In this document: positions 62,538-64,000 of the stretch, piece by piece
How positions within the stretch are numbered: position 1 is the first letter of the stretch
How the letters are laid out: every line of letters begins with the position of its first letter
DNA from: Gammaproteobacteria bacterium
Lineage (GTDB): Bacteria; Pseudomonadota; Gammaproteobacteria; JASBUN01
Length of the DNA stretch: 64,000 nucleotides
Direction of reading: 5' to 3'
Assembly: GCA_030147845.1 (NCBI GenBank)
Contig: JASBUN010000022.1
Span: 6,152-70,151 of the forward strand
Notes under the pieces: generated by a model
The model's input: only the letters and a program-made list of their open reading frames with translations
Told to the model about the DNA's origin: nothing
Databases searched by the model: none
Made by a program: the position numbers and the translations under genes

Positions 62538-62839
62538 TGCCGGGCATCGGCGGGCATCAGACCCTTGTGGAGTACCGCCTTCCGCGGTGAGGCCATCCAG
62601 TCGGTGACGGCATCGCGCCAAGCCAGGTAGTGCGCGGTCTGCTTGTGCGCAGCGGCGGCCTCGGCGTTGGCGTAGACCTCATAGAATACGAATCGGGTCG
62701 GATCATCGGCTTGCTGGGCGATATCGAAGCGCAGATTGCCCGGCTCTTTGACCGAGCCGAGATGATTTTTGCGCGTCGCGGCAATGAAGTCATCGAGGTT
62801 TTCTGCCCGAACGTGTACGTGTACTACTGTGACGTGCAT
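62531..62839 (-). CDS. ABM-domain (antibiotic biosynthesis monooxygenase / YgiN-like quinol monooxygenase) protein
   Basis: About 100 aa ferredoxin-like ABM fold pattern (VTVVHVHVRAENLDDFI...FVFYEVYANAEAAAAHKQTAHY). Confidence 0.6.
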   Translation of the reverse strand: MHVTVVHVHVRAENLDDFIAATRKNHLGSVKEPGNLRFDIAQQADDPTRFVFYEVYANAEAAAAHKQTAHYLAWRDAVTDWMASPRKAVLHKGLMPADARQW

Positions 62840-62989
62840 GGTGTGCTCCTGTCCGCGCGCGGTACGGCGCGCCTTGGGTTATGCAATTGTAGCGCCCGCC
62901 GGGCACTGACAAAAGCGCGCATTGCCACGGTGACAGGCATATTCACCGTGCCGCTACCGTACGCTGTAGCAAGCTGCCGCGCGATATTT

Positions 62990-63495
62990 TGTAGGCACGG
63001 ATGAATCCGTGCCTACAAAACCCTGCCACAATCGGCCACGTACCGTATGGTGTTGTAGGCACGGCTGAAAACGCATGCGGCCGATGTTTCTGTTGCGTGC
63101 TCGGCGTCTTGGCGAGAGCCAGCGAGTTAGCCAAATTGCATGAAACTCTCGCCAAGGCGCAAAGCACGCCACGAAGAATAGATTCCTGATGTTGCGACTT
63201 TGAGTGAGGCACGGATGAATCCGTGCCTACAAAACCCTGCCACAATCGGTCACGTACCGTATGGTGTTGTAGGCACGGCTTTAGCCGTGCATCGGTGTCC
63301 GGTGTGGCAACCGACGCATGGCTGAAAACGCATAAGGCCGATGTTTCCTTTGCGTGCTCGGCGTCTTGGCGATAGCTTGGGAGTTAGTCAATTGCATGAA
63401 ACTCTCGCCAAGGCGCTAAGCACGCCAAGAAGAATAGATCCGTCATGTTGTGACTTTGAGTGAGGCACGGATGAATCCGGGCCTACGAAACTGCT
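62990..63495. repeat. Two tandem about 240-bp composite repeats with GTAG-headed REP-like hairpins, same family as 48318-48950
   Basis: Perfect hairpins TGTAGGCACGGATGAATCCGTGCCTACA at 62991 and 63207 and a degenerate one at 63457; shared module GAAAACGCAT..GGCCGATGTTTC.TTTGCGTGCTCGGCGTCTTGGCGA.AG...CTCTCGCCAAGGCGC.AAGCACGCCA.GAAGAATAGAT. Confidence 0.85.
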
Positions 63496-63538
63496 CGCGA
63501 TCGCATGGCCGCGATGCGTGGTGCCCTACAAGGATCCT

Positions 63539-64000
63539 TCAACGCCTTACCCGGCGTACACGGAAGCGGCGGATCAAGCCGCGCAGTTTGTGTAGCTGTG
63601 CCGCGTTTGGCGTCGGGCCATAACGCAAGGCAATGTATAACTGGGTGATGCGGCGCGCGCGGCCGGCCAACTCTGGACGTGCGCGCGTAACGCGTCGGAC
63701 ATAGTCGAGCGGTCCTTCCTGCGCTGCGCGCGCCAGGCCGCGGCGTTCGAGCTTGCGGCAAAAGCGTTGATAGGCATCGCGCACGCGGTCGCGGTTGGCG
63801 CCACGTTGTCGGAGCGTCAGGTAGCCGAACAACACGATCAAAGCGCCGCTGACCGTCAGCGCCAGGGCACTCGCCAACCATTGCCATGAGGCGTTGCCCA
63901 GCCCGAGTTGCGACCACAAGCGTGTCTGGCGGTTGTTGTCATAGCCCAACACCCATTGATTCCAGCCGTTGTTGAGCGAATCCCACATCAGCGCAACATG
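63539..64000 (-). CDS. C-terminal part of a DUF4129-like (transglutaminase-associated) membrane protein; gene continues beyond the window end
   Basis: C-terminal pattern RKLERRGLARAAQEGPLDYVRRVTRARPELAGRARRITQLYIALRYG resembles the DUF4129 C-terminus; reading frame open to position 64000. Confidence 0.35.
   Translation of the reverse strand, partial: HVALMWDSLNNGWNQWVLGYDNNRQTRLWSQLGLGNASWQWLASALALTVSGALIVLFGYLTLRQRGANRDRVRDAYQRFCRKLERRGLARAAQEGPLDYVRRVTRARPELAGRARRITQLYIALRYGPTPNAAQLHKLRGLIRRFRVRRVRR

Overview
This is a GC-rich (about 58-60% by eye) chromosomal window from a proteobacterium that is probably a methylotroph, read from sequence alone with no database searches. Three lines of evidence support that. 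First, a pterin / tetrahydromethanopterin-type gene trio at 1-2169 on the minus strand (DHPS-like pterin-binding protein, HFCD flavoprotein, PTPS-like protein). Second, a methanesulfonate-monooxygenase-like locus at 17.8-23.1 kb. It contains a Rieske alpha subunit whose [2Fe-2S] motif has the unusual CXH-X26-CXXH spacing known from MsmA, plus beta subunit, Rieske ferredoxin and a NitT/TauT ABC importer, but no reductase gene. Third, unusually many NitT/TauT-family ABC transporters: three systems, one in a rare permease-ATPase-permease-ATPase-SBP order behind consensus sigma-54 promoters and divergent from an AcoR-like sigma-54 activator. Other content, in order: (1) a periplasmic thiol-redox module (secreted DsrE-like protein, lipoprotein, TlpA, DsbD) and an ETHE1-like dioxygenase; (2) a signalling island (REC-PAS-HK with a FixJ-like RR, an RpoS-like sigma factor, a PAS-HK); (3) a 1854-aa soluble hybrid histidine kinase with about eight near-identical 92-aa (276-bp) HAMP-type tandem repeats, a GAF domain and three receiver domains, in an operon with a REC-PAS-GGDEF-EAL protein; (4) a housekeeping block (uup, Sfp-type PPTase, DUF4139, tRNA-Ser(GGA), SRP RNA, dnaX, ybaB, recR, HIT, rsgA, M48 protease, orn, rhodanese, glcDEF, pgm, yqiB-like); (5) an IscR-like Rrf2 regulator with no cysteines behind an IscR type-1-like palindrome, next to a second secreted DsrE-like paralog. 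Two intergenic loci (48.3-48.95 kb and 62.99-63.5 kb) carry a shared family of about 200-240-bp composite repeats built around GTAG-headed REP-like hairpins (GTAGGCACGG-loop-CCGTGCCTAC). No transposases, integrases, CRISPR arrays or cas genes were seen. All functional calls rest on motif and architecture recognition. Coordinates of ORF-track-derived starts may be off by a few nt and RNA ends are approximate.
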